From contig OX597823.1 in NCBI GenBank assembly GCA_951406725.2, positions 59,210,001 to 59,274,000 on the forward strand: 64,000 nucleotides of DNA, written 5' to 3'. A program made the translations under genes and the position numbers. Source of the stretch: Octopus vulgaris. Its lineage: Eukaryota. Positions 42,061-55,376 of this stretch are shown here, one piece after another (the first letter of the stretch is position 1; every line of letters starts with the position of its first letter). The notes below the pieces were generated by a model. It ran no database searches. It saw only the letters and a list, made by a program, of their open reading frames with translations, and was not told the origin of the DNA.

Positions 42061-42330
42061 ATTCATACGTGTTATCATGTGTGCACATTTAAGTGTGCCA
42101 TCTTCAAGTCATAATGATTCTAAAAAAAGGAAAATGGGTCAGCAAATGTCTTACATAGTTTAGTTGTTTTGGTTTTATTTGGATATTAATGGGATTATCT
42201 GACCATTTGTTCTGAGTATAGAATTATAAATTTATACACTACCAAATATATTAAATAGTACATCAATTTGAAGTAGATTTGTCTTTATTAAAATAAAATA
42301 ACGGGTGTATATATATATAGAGAGAGAGAG

Positions 42331-42400
<70 letters not shown>

Positions 42401-42747
42401 GATTCGATATTTTTTTTAGAACAAGCTGCTCAGTTAATTTCCTATACTCTTAATGAAATCAGTATTTTTCTAATGTCAGTGAACGCAGGTGACTTGAAAT
42501 GAAAGGTTTTGCTCAACAGTACAATGCACCGTCCAGTCTATGAGTCTATGCCATCTCTTCTGTTCGTGCATGCAACATTCTAACCACTATGTCATGCACC
42601 GTTAGTCATACATACATATGTGCATACATGCATATACATATACACACATATAGAAACTTACAAATATCTATCTATCTATATATATATATATATATATATA
42701 ATCCAAAATGTATTAGTTTTATATATCGAATCACGGCTGATATTACA

Positions 42748-42999
42748 AATTGATTTAGCGCAAGGGATACCATGGAGTGTTAGATAACAATCCGATTATA
42801 TAACCATACGCTCATCAGAGTTAGCCGATATGGAAGGGGATATGGTTACTGCTCTCCACTGTCGGTGGTATTAATCCACCTCCGACAATAGAGAGCAGTC
42901 GCCTTATTGCCTTTCATATCGGCTAACTCTGATAAGCGTAAGGTTATATAATCGGATTGTTATCTAACACTCCATTGTATCCCTTGCGTTAAACCGATT
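42748..42999. repeat. ~250-bp imperfect hairpin
   Basis: 'gcaagggataccatggagtgttagataacaatccgattatataacc' versus its near reverse complement ending at ~42987; centre ggtgg-tattaat-ccacc. Confidence 0.92.
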
Positions 43000-43133
43000 G
43001 TCTTCTTCTTTTCTTCTTCTTCTTCTTCATCTTCTTTTTCTTCTTCTTCTTTTTCTTCTTCTTCTTCTTCTTTTTCTTCTTCTTCTTCTTCTTCTTCTTC
43101 TTCTTCTTCTTCTTCTTCTTCTTCTTCTTCTTC
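43000..43133. repeat. (CTT)n microsatellite
   Basis: Direct reading. Confidence 0.98.
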
Positions 43134-43618
43134 TCTCTACCAAGAATTCACAACGACCTCGACCCCACAAGCGTAAACAAGAGAGACAGAGACAGGCAGA
43201 AACAAGGAAAATGCCCCTTGTATTTGAATACTATGCAAATATTCTTTTAAAATACTTTCATTTAAGTTTTCCAAAATTTAATTGTTTTCTATACTTACAG
43301 CTGAAAAAGTTTCAATGACTAAAAGCGGTACTGAAATGTTTTTTATAAAATTATTTTCGCATTTACTACCTTGACTTTTTCCATATATATATCAACTCTT
43401 GTGTTCCTTTTCAACCTTCTACACACACACACACACACACACACATACATATATATATATATGCTTGTATGTATGTATGTATGTACATATATGTGTGTGT
43501 GTGTGTGTGTGTATGTGTATATATATATATATATATATAATAAATATTAGGGAATAAATCCAACTTTACAGGGAAAAAAATCAGATTTAGGATTAAATCC
43601 AATTTTATAGTAAAATAT

Positions 43619-43762
43619 TATAAAATATTATTAGAGACAAAACCACTATTTTGCAAAACAAACAAGGAAAGACTTAATCAATACATAAAATTTTAATAAA
43701 TTTTATGTATTGATTAAGTCTTTCCTTGTTTGTTTTGCAAAATAGTGGTTTTGTCTCTAATA

Positions 43763-43772
<10 letters not shown>
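43619..43772. repeat. Perfect palindrome, 75-bp arms with 4-nt loop
   Basis: 43619-43693 is the exact reverse complement of 43698-43772 by eye; runs into (TA)n. Confidence 0.95.
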
Positions 43773-43825
<53 letters not shown>

Positions 43826-44007
43826 ATTTGATTTGAAAACCCCACTAGATTGGGAGAAAGCGCTAACAATCCGAATGATATGATCTGAATGATATGATAT
43901 ATATGTAAAAAATGTAATATATAAATAAATATCTACAAATATGAACCATCCGATCTGATTACCTCATTTTTTCTAATATATAATACCTGTACATCATCTC
44001 CAAACCT

Positions 44008-44093
<86 letters not shown>

Positions 44094-44248
44094 TTACGTG
44101 CATGAGTTGTCTAACAGACTATAAGTCAGGAAAAATATGCACTCGCATATTTGTCAATGGAGTGGGTGTATTATCTGAAATATATAGTATTGTGTATATA
44201 TATATATATATGTATGTGTATGTGTGTGTTTATGTGTGTGCATATATA

Positions 44249-44395
44249 GGCGCAGGAGTGGGTGTGTGTTAAGCAGCCTGCTTACCACAGTCCCGGTGTG
44301 TGACACCTTGAGCAAGTGTCTTCCGCTATAGCCTCTGGCCGACCAAAGCCTTGTGAGTAGATTTGGTAGACGTAAACTGAAAGAAGCCCCTCGTA

Positions 44396-44436
<41 letters not shown>

Positions 44437-44645
44437 TTGTGTGTCTTTGTCCCCCACCATCACTTGACAACACCGATACTGTTGTGTTCACGTCCCCGTA
44501 GCCTAGAGGTTCGGCAAAAAGGACCGACAAAATAAGCACTTAGCTTACAAAGAATGAGTCCTGGGGTTGATTTATTCAACTAAAGGCGGTTATCCAGCAT
44601 GGCCGCAGTCAAACTACTGAAACAAATAAAGGAGTAAAAGAGTAA
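44249..44645 (+). mobile_element. SINE family B
   Basis: Homolog of 30637-31020. Confidence 0.88.
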
Positions 44646-44852
44646 ATACATGGAAATTTTGTGACTTCGCTATTTACATTAACCTTAACCTTAAGGAATT
44701 GCTGTCAATGCAAGACTTGAAATCTGAGTCGAAAACCTAACACTAAAGAAGCGATGCCTCAAGTTTACTGATTCCAAGAAAATTACTTTAAACACAACTT
44801 TTCCATAAGACTTATCAACTCATAACACAAAATAATATCAAGAGCAGCCAAT

Positions 44853-45312
44853 AAAGCGGTGAGGTAGAAGAATCGTTAGCAAACCAGCCAAACTGCTTGG
44901 CGGCATTTCATCCGTCTTTACGTACGGTGTTCAAATTCCTCTGTGGTCGCCTTTGCCTTTCGTCCTTTCGGGGTAGATGAAATAAGTTCTTATGAAGCAC
45001 TGAGATCAATGTTTTCGACTTACATCCTCCGTCCAAATTGCTGGCCTTGTGACAAAATTGGAAACCAATATTATTAGCAACCACAAGACGGCTAACTGGC
45101 AGAAGAGTCCTTAGCAGGCCGTTCAAAATATTAAGAGGTATTTCGTCTGTCTTTACGTTCTAAGTTCAAATTCCACCGAGGTCAACTTTGCTTTTCATCC
45201 TTTCGGGGTCAATTGAAATAAGTACCAGTTCAGCACTGGGATCGATGTAATCGATTAGTCTCCTCCCCCGAAGAATTATGGCCTTGTGGCAAACTTGAAG
45301 CCGATATTATTA
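44853..45312 (+). mobile_element. Two adjacent older SINE family A copies, each with its own head
   Basis: Heads at ~44853 and ~45088, each followed by B-box, core and old-type tail. Confidence 0.8.
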
Positions 45313-48300
45313 GTGAGTATATTCTAGTCTGCATAATTACTAAATTCTATTCAGCTCTCTATTTATTCTGGAGAATAGTGTTAACTCTTTCATAGTTTGG
45401 TCTTAATCACTGGTTACGGGTTCAGAAAATTCGGTCATTCAAATGCCGCCAAACTTCTTTTGGATTCACTGAATCTTGGAAAGCAACTTTTACCAATTCC
45501 AGTTTCTGCGATCTATATCATATTCTCAGTTAGAAAGCAATCTTATTTCATAATAACTTCAATTTAGATAAAGACGAATATTCTAGTTTACATGTCGACA
45601 TCTGTATAGGATCAATCCAAGGAGGATAGTAACATACTTATCCTCCAAAATGCTAATCCAGTCAAAATTAGTTTCGTCATGTCATCGCAAGAGATTTTAA
45701 TCTCTTAAACTTTAGAAACATTTTACTCGCCCAAATAAGGTTTTGCTGCCCAAGAGGCTTCCAACCTTCTCGAAATATCCGTGTTCGCACACTTTAAAAC
45801 AAATTAAGAAATAATTTGGAGTTATTTTTCAATTAATTTATTTTAGCATTCTTTTCTTTATTTTATGTTTTTTAGCATTTTCTTCATAACATAACATGAA
45901 TGTTACCCTTTGATTACCGAAATCTCAATTTCTTCAACTTTTTGCTGTCAGTATTCAGATTCGTTCGTTTGTAAACAACAAACTGTTAGCTCAGTAATAT
46001 CTATCTCAACTATATTTTCATGCATTTTATTCTTTGTTTCATAGATTTTCAACTTTTCTCCTTGCTATTTGAACTCTCAAGGTTTTAAAAATCCATTCTA
46101 TTTTCTAATCAGTCAAAGAATATTATTTCTCTTTATTGGGCAATTTTGGCAAGACACAATTCACTATAATATGCAATTATTGTTATTCAGCTGCATATAT
46201 TTCAAGTCATTGTAAATATCTATCATGTGGGCAGCGGTGTCAAACTCTTTCCTACTACGAAATGGGCCAGCAACCAGGGCAAAATCACACACAGGAGTGG
46301 TGATGTGAAACCCCACGACCCTGAAGAAATCAACCAAAGAGGAATCATACACAAAAGTGCAAAATCACGGTGGGGCTCCAGCATGACCGCAGCCGCATAG
46401 CTGAAACAAATAAAAGAATAAAAGAATGAAAGAATGTGTATAGCAAATACATCTCCCTATAATTAGTGTGTAAATGATAGATCTTGTGTTTCATTAACTT
46501 TCCACGTCCCTTCTAGCTTCCTTTCCATCTTATTTTCCATAATTTGATAGGAAAAATACATAGAGTAAAACGACACTTGCTCCAAAATATATCAGGAAAA
46601 TTTATACAATCTAAAGAACTTGAAAAACGATATGGGTAACACATCCATAAAGAGGTAAGAACATAACAGCTAAGTTAAAACCAGAGCTCCCTAAAAGTGT
46701 AGCTGCCTGCTCGTCATTTTATTGGAAATGTGTACATGCAAACACCCACATTTTAAGTGTCGGTGTCATTGACCATCATAACTCACTCAACCTCTTCAGC
46801 TCACCAAGATGTGTCTTGGTACCCCTTAATATGAACAGCACACCATTGCTAGCTCTTGTCTCACTGAAAATAATAACTATTGCATTAACTTGATGTACTG
46901 AGTTCTTCTTTTGTGTGTACAGTGTGAAGAGCGGATGGTTCTTCTGCGATGCCTTGTTCTTGGAAAAGATTCATAAAAATAACGCCTTCAGATTTGTTCT
47001 CGCAACCCAAGAGATTATGAAATTCACTAACAAACAATCAACGGGCAAACTATTTATAACTAACTCTGTTTAGCAAACGTTATTAATATTGTTGTCAAAT
47101 TATACTCTTGTCGTGTTGAAAAATAAAACGAGCTTAGGGAAATAATTCGACTGGGTCCTGTGGCATGAATTTAGATAATTTAAGTTGCTGTATCACGTGC
47201 TGGGAAGTGATTGCCCTACGCAAGACATTTTTAATTAAAATTTTCCTTTCATTCGGAGTAAGTGAACAAAACCTGTTGGCAATCCTGAGTGAATGTCCGA
47301 AAAGGGGAGATAATTTCAAGAAATTAAAAAAAGTCTTCTCAAAGTTAATTTCCAAGCTTATTGGGGAAACCTGGTGATTTTTTTTCCGTTTACAGGTAAG
47401 AGACACCTACAGTCACGTTATTGTCTGTCATACATACATTTTCAATTTGTTAGTAATTATACAATAAAAACTAGAAATATTTCAAAGAGGATTGCAAATT
47501 GATTACGCAATAACAGTTCATTCTCTATAATGATGTAAAGCATTATAAAATAAAATAGCACACATTCTGTGTGATCCTTTTAATTTATGGCACCTTCATC
47601 CGTTAATGTACATTTTCATGCGTTACATGGATGAAAGAAGCTCTAAATTTTCGTTCTAACAACTGGAAATAGCAGACAAAATTGACGCAAATCAAACCTC
47701 ATCATCTTAAACAAAGAAGTCATTAGTTAAGGTAGTTCGGGATATACACAACTAAAAATTAAGTTGGGTAGACCATGGTGGATATGCATTTGAAAAAAAT
47801 TCTGATACGTGCATAAAGTTTAGTAAGCAACAACGTGTTAATCAAAAATATATTTCATTTTTCTTTTTCTTTTTCAAAGAACATTTTATTTGCCTTGTAA
47901 CATTTCAGTTTAACAGCCTCTGAATTCCTCACTTTCATTCTTATCAGTAAATTCATACATCATTATCTAGATGTAGCAAAATTAGTAATAAAGGGAGATT
48001 TGTTTATCATTTGTATCATTAAATATCTGTTGTTTGACCTGCATGGCTTATATTAACCTATGATTCACCTACTGTCAAAATCTATATTGTTAATGTCTAA
48101 AGTTCCATTCCACTTTCGTATTACCGTTTTCTCAAGAACTATAATGCAATCACATTGACGGTTTCTCAACGTCCTTATCTTCTTCGTTATCAGTTTTCTC
48201 GCAATTATCACTGATACCCATTATAAAGTCATTTTGTGCTGAACTGACACCGGTTCGAGGGGTTGCCAATTTCAAACAAGTGCATCGACTTTCCAAGTAT

Positions 48301-48493
48301 CTCAAATCTGCATCTTTCCATTTCAGAAACTACATACAGTATTCACGCAAATCATCCTAATTGATTTTTGTTTTTTTTAATTTTTTTGCAAAGTATCTTC
48401 AGCTTGTGTCAACAGCAGGTATTTTCTTCCGCAATGAGACATATTATAAATATGTATGCCTATATATATGTGTGTCTATGTGTGTGTGTATGC

Positions 48494-48548
<55 letters not shown>

Positions 48549-48557
48549 CATATATAT

Positions 48558-48590
<33 letters not shown>

Positions 48591-48690
48591 CGTATGTATG
48601 TATGTATGTATGTATGTAGGCAGAGAGTTAAGAGAGACAGACAGACAGGCAGGCAGACAATCAAACAGATAGACAGACACACACACGCAT

Positions 48691-48721
<31 letters not shown>

Positions 48722-48932
48722 CATATGCATATACACATACATATATATATATATGTGCGTATATATATATGACAGATAGATATATATCAAATATAAATTA
48801 AAAGCAGAACATGTTTGATATATACTCTCTCATCTCTGCCACTATCTGGCATATACAGGTGCTTACACTTATTAAGTATTCACTCTAAATTTACAGTACC
48901 TACTTATTTATATATATATATATATATAGGTT

Positions 48933-49031
<99 letters not shown>

Positions 49032-49072
49032 CAGAGACAGAAAATGGAATTCACGAGATTCTTTATTCAAAT

Positions 49073-49177
49073 CTACTACAATTGTTTCCTCTCATTCTAC
49101 ACCTGTATTTCATAGATGAGTTATTGTGCAATCAAGTATCTTGCGACGCAGATGTAGGATACACCTCTTCGGGTGAC
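49073..49177 (-). ncRNA. Degenerate hammerhead motif with long stem II
   Basis: gtcac CCGAAGA ..cctacatctg...caggtgtag.. GAAA CAATT GTA gt; palindromic ACAATTGT. Confidence 0.5.
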
Positions 49178-49288
49178 TTTTAAAACAAGTACCTCACTAT
49201 TTTATATCTCTATTTCACTTACCCTCATAACAAGGTATATCTGGGTTGTTGCTACATTCTAGCAGTTCTCTCTCTCTATCGCTCTCTC

Positions 49289-49340
<52 letters not shown>

Positions 49341-49415
49341 TCTCTCTCACACATGCTCACACATACACTCTCACACACGCACACATATATATATACATAG
49401 ATGTATATAGATATT

Positions 49416-49456
<41 letters not shown>

Positions 49457-49765
49457 ATATATACACATATTGCTTTAACGTCCAATTTTCCATGCTCGCA
49501 TAGGTTAAATAACTTTGTTCATGCAGTTTTCTTCTGCAATCGGATGTTCTTCCTATCACTAATTCCCACCTGCTTCAAACTTACAACGATCGTGCTTTGG
49601 CAGCAAATTGTAAACAAATGTCACCTTTTGCATGTACGGTGGCCTTTTCATTTACTAACAGCTGGCATATATCAAGACAAGAAAAGTACATACTCACGCA
49701 TGAACACGCGCATAAATATGCATAGAGGAACACAAACAAATACACATATATGTATATATATATAT

Positions 49766-50848
49766 ATAGTGTAATAAATAAAATATATGCATACATACAT
49801 ACATATATGTACGTACCTACATCTACATGTATATATACATGCATATATAAATATATATACGTGAGTACAGGACATCACAAATAGACGCAGAGCTCAACGA
49901 GAACGAAAACGTAAAAACAAGCATGGAACGAACCTTTTTTTACAAAGAAAAAACAGAGTACTAGACAAACTACACAAGGAAAAATCCCCTTCATCAGCTG
50001 TCCCTAGTTCAACTCCAGCGTGTTTCGAAGGTAAGGACAGAACACGACTCGTCGAACTAGCCCTTCCTGCGAAGAAATTAAAGGAAATTACTTCGCAGAG
50101 GGGTAAAAACAAGGAAAGAACAAAATGTGACACAAAAAGGACGTAAAAGCGATACAAATAAAATTGCAAAATAAAATACAAAATAAAATATAAAATAAAA
50201 ATACAATTACAAAAAAATACAATACAAGAAATAAAAAAACACAAAAAACAACCAAAGAGGGCTTTTTTGCCTAGACGAGGAGAGATTCAAGGAGAGCAAG
50301 AAAACCGTGTGTTTACAGTTAGAAGGCCGCATGCAAGAGGAAGTATTTGGCCGGCTGTGAGAGAGATGAGGAGGAGTGAGAGAGAGAGAAAGGGAGAGAA
50401 GGGAAGGTTAAGCAAAGAGGTATAGGGTTTCGCGTCATAATTATATATAAAAACTGTACTGGGAGAAGAAGACGAAGCGAAACGGAACGAATCGAATCGA
50501 ATCGACGTCCTCACCTTCGAAACACGCTGGAGTTGAACTAGGGACAGCTGATGAAGGGAATTTTCCTTGTGTAGTTTGTCTAGTACTCTGTTTTTTCTTT
50601 GTAAAAAAGGTTCGTTCCATGCTTGTTTTTACGTTTTCGTTCTCGTTGAGTTCTGCGTCTATTTGTGATGTCCTGCACTCACGTATATATATTTATATAT
50701 GCATGTATATATGCATGTAGATGTAGGTACGTACATATATGTATGTATGTATGCATATATTTTATTTATTACACTATTGTATGACTGAGCACCTTCGCGT
50801 CGATTCGATTCGTTCCGTTTCGTTTCGTTTCTTCTTCTTCTCCCAGTA

Positions 50849-50858
<10 letters not shown>
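49766..50858. mobile_element. Compound inverted-repeat element (A-spacer-B-A'-B'), Penelope pseudo-LTR-like
   Basis: 49766-50038 is the near-exact reverse complement of 50506-50777; 50441-50506 matches the reverse complement of 50797-50858. Confidence 0.8.
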
Positions 50859-50900
<42 letters not shown>

Positions 50901-52725
50901 TTCTGTATATATGCATGTCTATTTGCATCATACAAACCAACAAGTGTACACATTTTACGTATATATCGTTCTATATCTCTAATACTTGAGGAACTTCCTC
51001 AGCTTATTTGCAATCTAAGTAACAGTAAGTTAAGCAAGACGAGTTAATTCTCTAATCACTGCAAGAATAATTAGGAATATTTTAAATATGACGTACATAG
51101 TCCATATGTAGAGACACCCAATCAAATTTACAACCAAGTTAGCCTTTGGCAAGTTAGTTAAATCTTAATGTCAACCTTATTGAGCAATATGTATTGTTGG
51201 AAAAGTAAACCTTGAAACATTGATCTAAGTTAGGTGATGAATATTTATGAATATTCATGATATACTGCTGCAGAATAAAATTATAACAGTAAATGAATAA
51301 TGTAAATTCCATTCCTTCATAATACTATGTCATACCCTAAGGAAGAACAGTTCCATTAATTGTTCAGAAACAAGGCGTTCTGATTTATTTAAAGCTTTCA
51401 ACTCTGTTGTCGCCACCATTTACAACCACGTGTGTATAGCATTCTAAGTATTGTGTCATATTTTTGATGCTATTTCAATTGAATATCATATTTCAACTGA
51501 AATAGACTACCATTGATTACTAGCTACTGGGTCTTCTTCATTGAACAATTATATCTTGGAATCAGGCCTACAGTAAAGAAAAGCAACAGAGAAGATAAAT
51601 AATACATATATAAGAACAACAACAACAACAATAATAAAAAGCTCGACAAAAATTTCCAATAATACTGAATAGAAATTCTTTGTATTCTTTTAATCAATGT
51701 TATTGCAAAGATCATCCTGTGCAGACTTTTCAGAGCGAAACATATAGCAATCCTGCTTTAATCAACCACAACATTGATTAGTTATGGGACATTTTCAGTA
51801 TCAGACATGTGCTGGCTATTTTTCCCCATTGTGTCCATCACAGCCATCATTTCTTCAAAACATTATTTTATACTTCATTTTCACTTTTCTTTTCTTTTTC
51901 TTTTTTCTTTTTTTTACTTTTTTCTTTTTACTTATTATTTATCTTTTATTGACAGTTAATAATCTTAGGCATAAACCATAACACACAAGTAGCAATAAAG
52001 ACCATTGATATCTGCAGAGAAAGTTATCTGAGAGCTTTTAACAGATTTTTTGACAATCGAATATGATTAAATAAGAATTTTATTAAAAGATATCTGTCAG
52101 TTCTATAATATATCATCCAATGAAATATTTTGTAAGCAATATACAATGTGCATGGTCACTTGTTGCTAGAGCATATCTAAGAGTAGCAGATATGTACTTC
52201 AATACAGATGCACTCACATTACTGAATATATCAATAAGAAGATAAGAAAACACAAATGTATATGCCTGTGTGTGTGTATCCATACATACACACACACGCA
52301 CGCACATATATATATAGATATATATACATATATATACATATATATAATATATATATATATATATACATATATATATAATATATATATATACATATGTATG
52401 TATGTATATGCTTATCTGTGCATTGTGTTTATTCATATGAAAACGCATGTATCTCTCTCTCTCCTTTCTTCTCTCTCTTTCTTTTTCTCTCTCTCTCTCT
52501 CTCTCTACTTACTCATACACAGGCACACATACAATGCATGCATACACACATACATATGCATATATGTTTTATGTGTTTCTACATTATGCACGTATGAATA
52601 TATCCCTTTACATTGAAGTATATATATATACATGGTGTAACACAAAAACTACACACACACAAACACGCGTGTTTATATGTGCATATGTTTATGCCTGTAT
52701 GTATGTGTACATATATATGCATTTA

Positions 52726-52764
<39 letters not shown>

Positions 52765-53216
52765 CATACTCACAGAAACATACACACGCACGCACGTATA
52801 TATGCTTATGTAGACAGTTAACATAGAAAAGGCAGCACAGACAGTGAAGGTATATGGGTAAGCGAAAAATGATATCTTCAGTTTATTTTGATAGCAAGAA
52901 CAAGCAAGCAAAAAAAAAAGAAAAATAGACCTCAAATGAAAATGAATACTCAGTTACATATTGCGAGTAAGAATGATATATTACCAATAAAAATGTATGT
53001 GTTATTCTCTATGTGTGTGCGCTTATACGATCGTCTTCAACGTATACTGAATCTTAACTGGTAATGCATATGCAAATAAATTTACACAAAATACAATGGA
53101 AACTAGCATATTCAAATTGCATACAAATATACATATACATATACATATATATACATATACATACATATATACATATGCATATACAGATACATATATATAC
53201 ATACATATATATATAC

Positions 53217-53249
<33 letters not shown>

Positions 53250-53407
53250 CATATATGTGAATCATAGATAGTCAGACAGATAGATAGATAGATAAACATA
53301 CAGACAGACAGACAGACAGAGAGACAAATAGAGAGAGAGACAGGCAGACAGACAGACAGACGGACAGACAGATAGATAGATAGACGGACGGACAGACAGA
53401 AAGACTA

Positions 53408-53442
<35 letters not shown>

Positions 53443-53487
53443 CATACAGACATACATACAGACAGACAGACACACAGACACACAGAC

Positions 53488-53566
<79 letters not shown>

Positions 53567-54079
53567 AACTTGTATATGTAGTAACGTGTGATAAGGAATA
53601 CTGAAAAAGTACTCAGTACAAGTTTTTGAGTATAGTCCATATACTAGTTTGGAACATTACTCACTATTTAGGATCGCTTATATTAAGATGGTCGTCATTG
53701 CTGTGTCCATTAGCTAACCAGATATTGCACTAATGAAGCCTAATATACCGGCATGTACATTATTCTGTATGAGAAGTGAGGTTACCCATAGAAGATTATT
53801 TTAAAGGAGTGGAAACTTGATAAAATTGATCTTCATATAGGAAGCACATTTAGTGTGACACCTAGGGTAAGTGTATTCCTCTATAGCTCCAAGCCAAACA
53901 ATACATTGTGGGTGAATTTTATTGATGAAAAGTGAGTGGAACATATTCCACGTTATAAGAAAAACGAAAAATCTGGTTGAGGAAAACCTTATGAGGACTG
54001 TTAAAAAACATCGCAGATGGGTAAGATTCATATCGAAGGATATATTTCAGAATTCTCCCTGAAGGACTTTGGAGATAAT

Positions 54080-54640
54080 AGACGGGATGTATATTACAAC
54101 AGCTACCACTTCAAATATTTAAACACTAGTTTCCATAGAAAATTTTGAAGTGGTTTCTTCTTCCAAATAAGTGCAGATATGAACTGCGGGATTCAGACTC
54201 TCATATGCTGCATGACCTGCCCCAGCTGCAAAGAGAAATATATTGGCGAAACAACGAACGCTTCTCTTTGCCAACGAGCTAGAATCCACAGACGACATAT
54301 CACACAAAAAGAATTATGGAAGATTCTGCTGAGTAAGCAACTGGAAAAATGCGGGAAAATTCACTTAACAAACAAATTGGGAAGATTCACGTAAGCAGCC
54401 AATGCACAATATACACATACACACACACACACACACATGCACACACACACACGCACACACACACGCACGCACACACGCGCACACACATAGAGAATAACAA
54501 TGAAAATCCTTTTCAGATTTTCTTTCCACTAACTTACATATATAGAAATGTTATGAATTTTCTATAAATATACCATTCATGATTGATCTCTCAAAAGAGA
54601 TAAGAACGCAAAATAAAAAAAATTTATCTTGACTACCTGC
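54080..54640 (+). pseudogene. Penelope-like element GIY-YIG endonuclease remnant
   Basis: MNCGIQTLICCMTCPSCKEKYIGETTNASLCQRARIH matches the PLE pattern C..(N)xIY.I.C..C...YIGET..L..R...H; interrupted by (CA)n. Confidence 0.85.
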
Positions 54641-54646
54641 TTTATA

Positions 54647-54705
<59 letters not shown>

Positions 54706-54830
54706 TACATATATATAAATTTGTGTCACAACTCATGTTTCACGCCACTTCGATCATCAAGAACATATGGATTTTTATTAAAAGTGAAGCTGAGTTTGTT
54801 TTGCTGCTCGGGTTTTTATAAAAACACACG

Positions 54831-54870
<40 letters not shown>

Positions 54871-54979
54871 ATGGAAATAGAGAAATAAAATTGACATATA
54901 AATTTATTAACATTATGAATATGATTATGCTATGAAAAGGTATAATAGAATATAACAAATAATTAAAACAATTATATAT

Positions 54980-55056
54980 CCGACAATTTTTTTCGATTCA
55001 TATTCACTAGTGGATGTATAAAGAATTCGCATTTATGAATATGAATCTCATCAGGG
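54980..55056 (-). ncRNA. Hammerhead ribozyme motif
   Basis: cc CTGATGA gattcatattca...tgaatatgaatc GAAA aaaatt GTC gg. Confidence 0.7.
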
Positions 55057-55148
55057 TAATATTTGTCTATTTCATGCAAGGACTGCTAAATTCTTATGAT
55101 TTAGCACTCCTTACATGAAATTGTTCGTTTATTTTTAGATAAATATTA

Positions 55149-55221
55149 CCCTGACGAGATTCATATAAATGTGAATTTTCTATAAATTCACTAGTGGATA
55201 TGAATCGAAACAAATCGTAGG
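55149..55221 (+). ncRNA. Hammerhead ribozyme motif
   Basis: cc CTGACGA gattcatat...atatgaatc GAAA caaatc GTA gg; 9-bp stem II base, only 2-bp stem I. Confidence 0.75.
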
Positions 55222-55376
55222 ATATATATTTGTTTTAATTATTTGTTATATTATATTATATATTTTTATAGTATAATTATATCATATTATAATGTTAATA
55301 AATTTATCATATGTCAATTGTATTTCTATATTTCTTTTAAGCTAGCAATCAATGGTAGTCTATTTCAGTTGGAATA

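Larger units (their letters stand above)
54866..55338. mobile_element. ~470-bp fold-back (inverted pseudo-LTRs) with a hammerhead in each arm
   Basis: Arms of ~200 bp plus inner hairpin 55070-55121; begins at a (TA)n tract. Confidence 0.85.

Noticed and set aside
45480-45512. P-loop-like AETGIGKS on the minus strand
   Set aside because: It is preceded by a nearby stop and no supporting helicase motifs were found; likely chance.
54730-54762. Further degenerate hammerhead-like strings (also ~21420-21490, ~25170-25270 and ~40355-40392)
   Set aside because: Core substitutions and poor stems; probably Penelope relics but not supportable individually.
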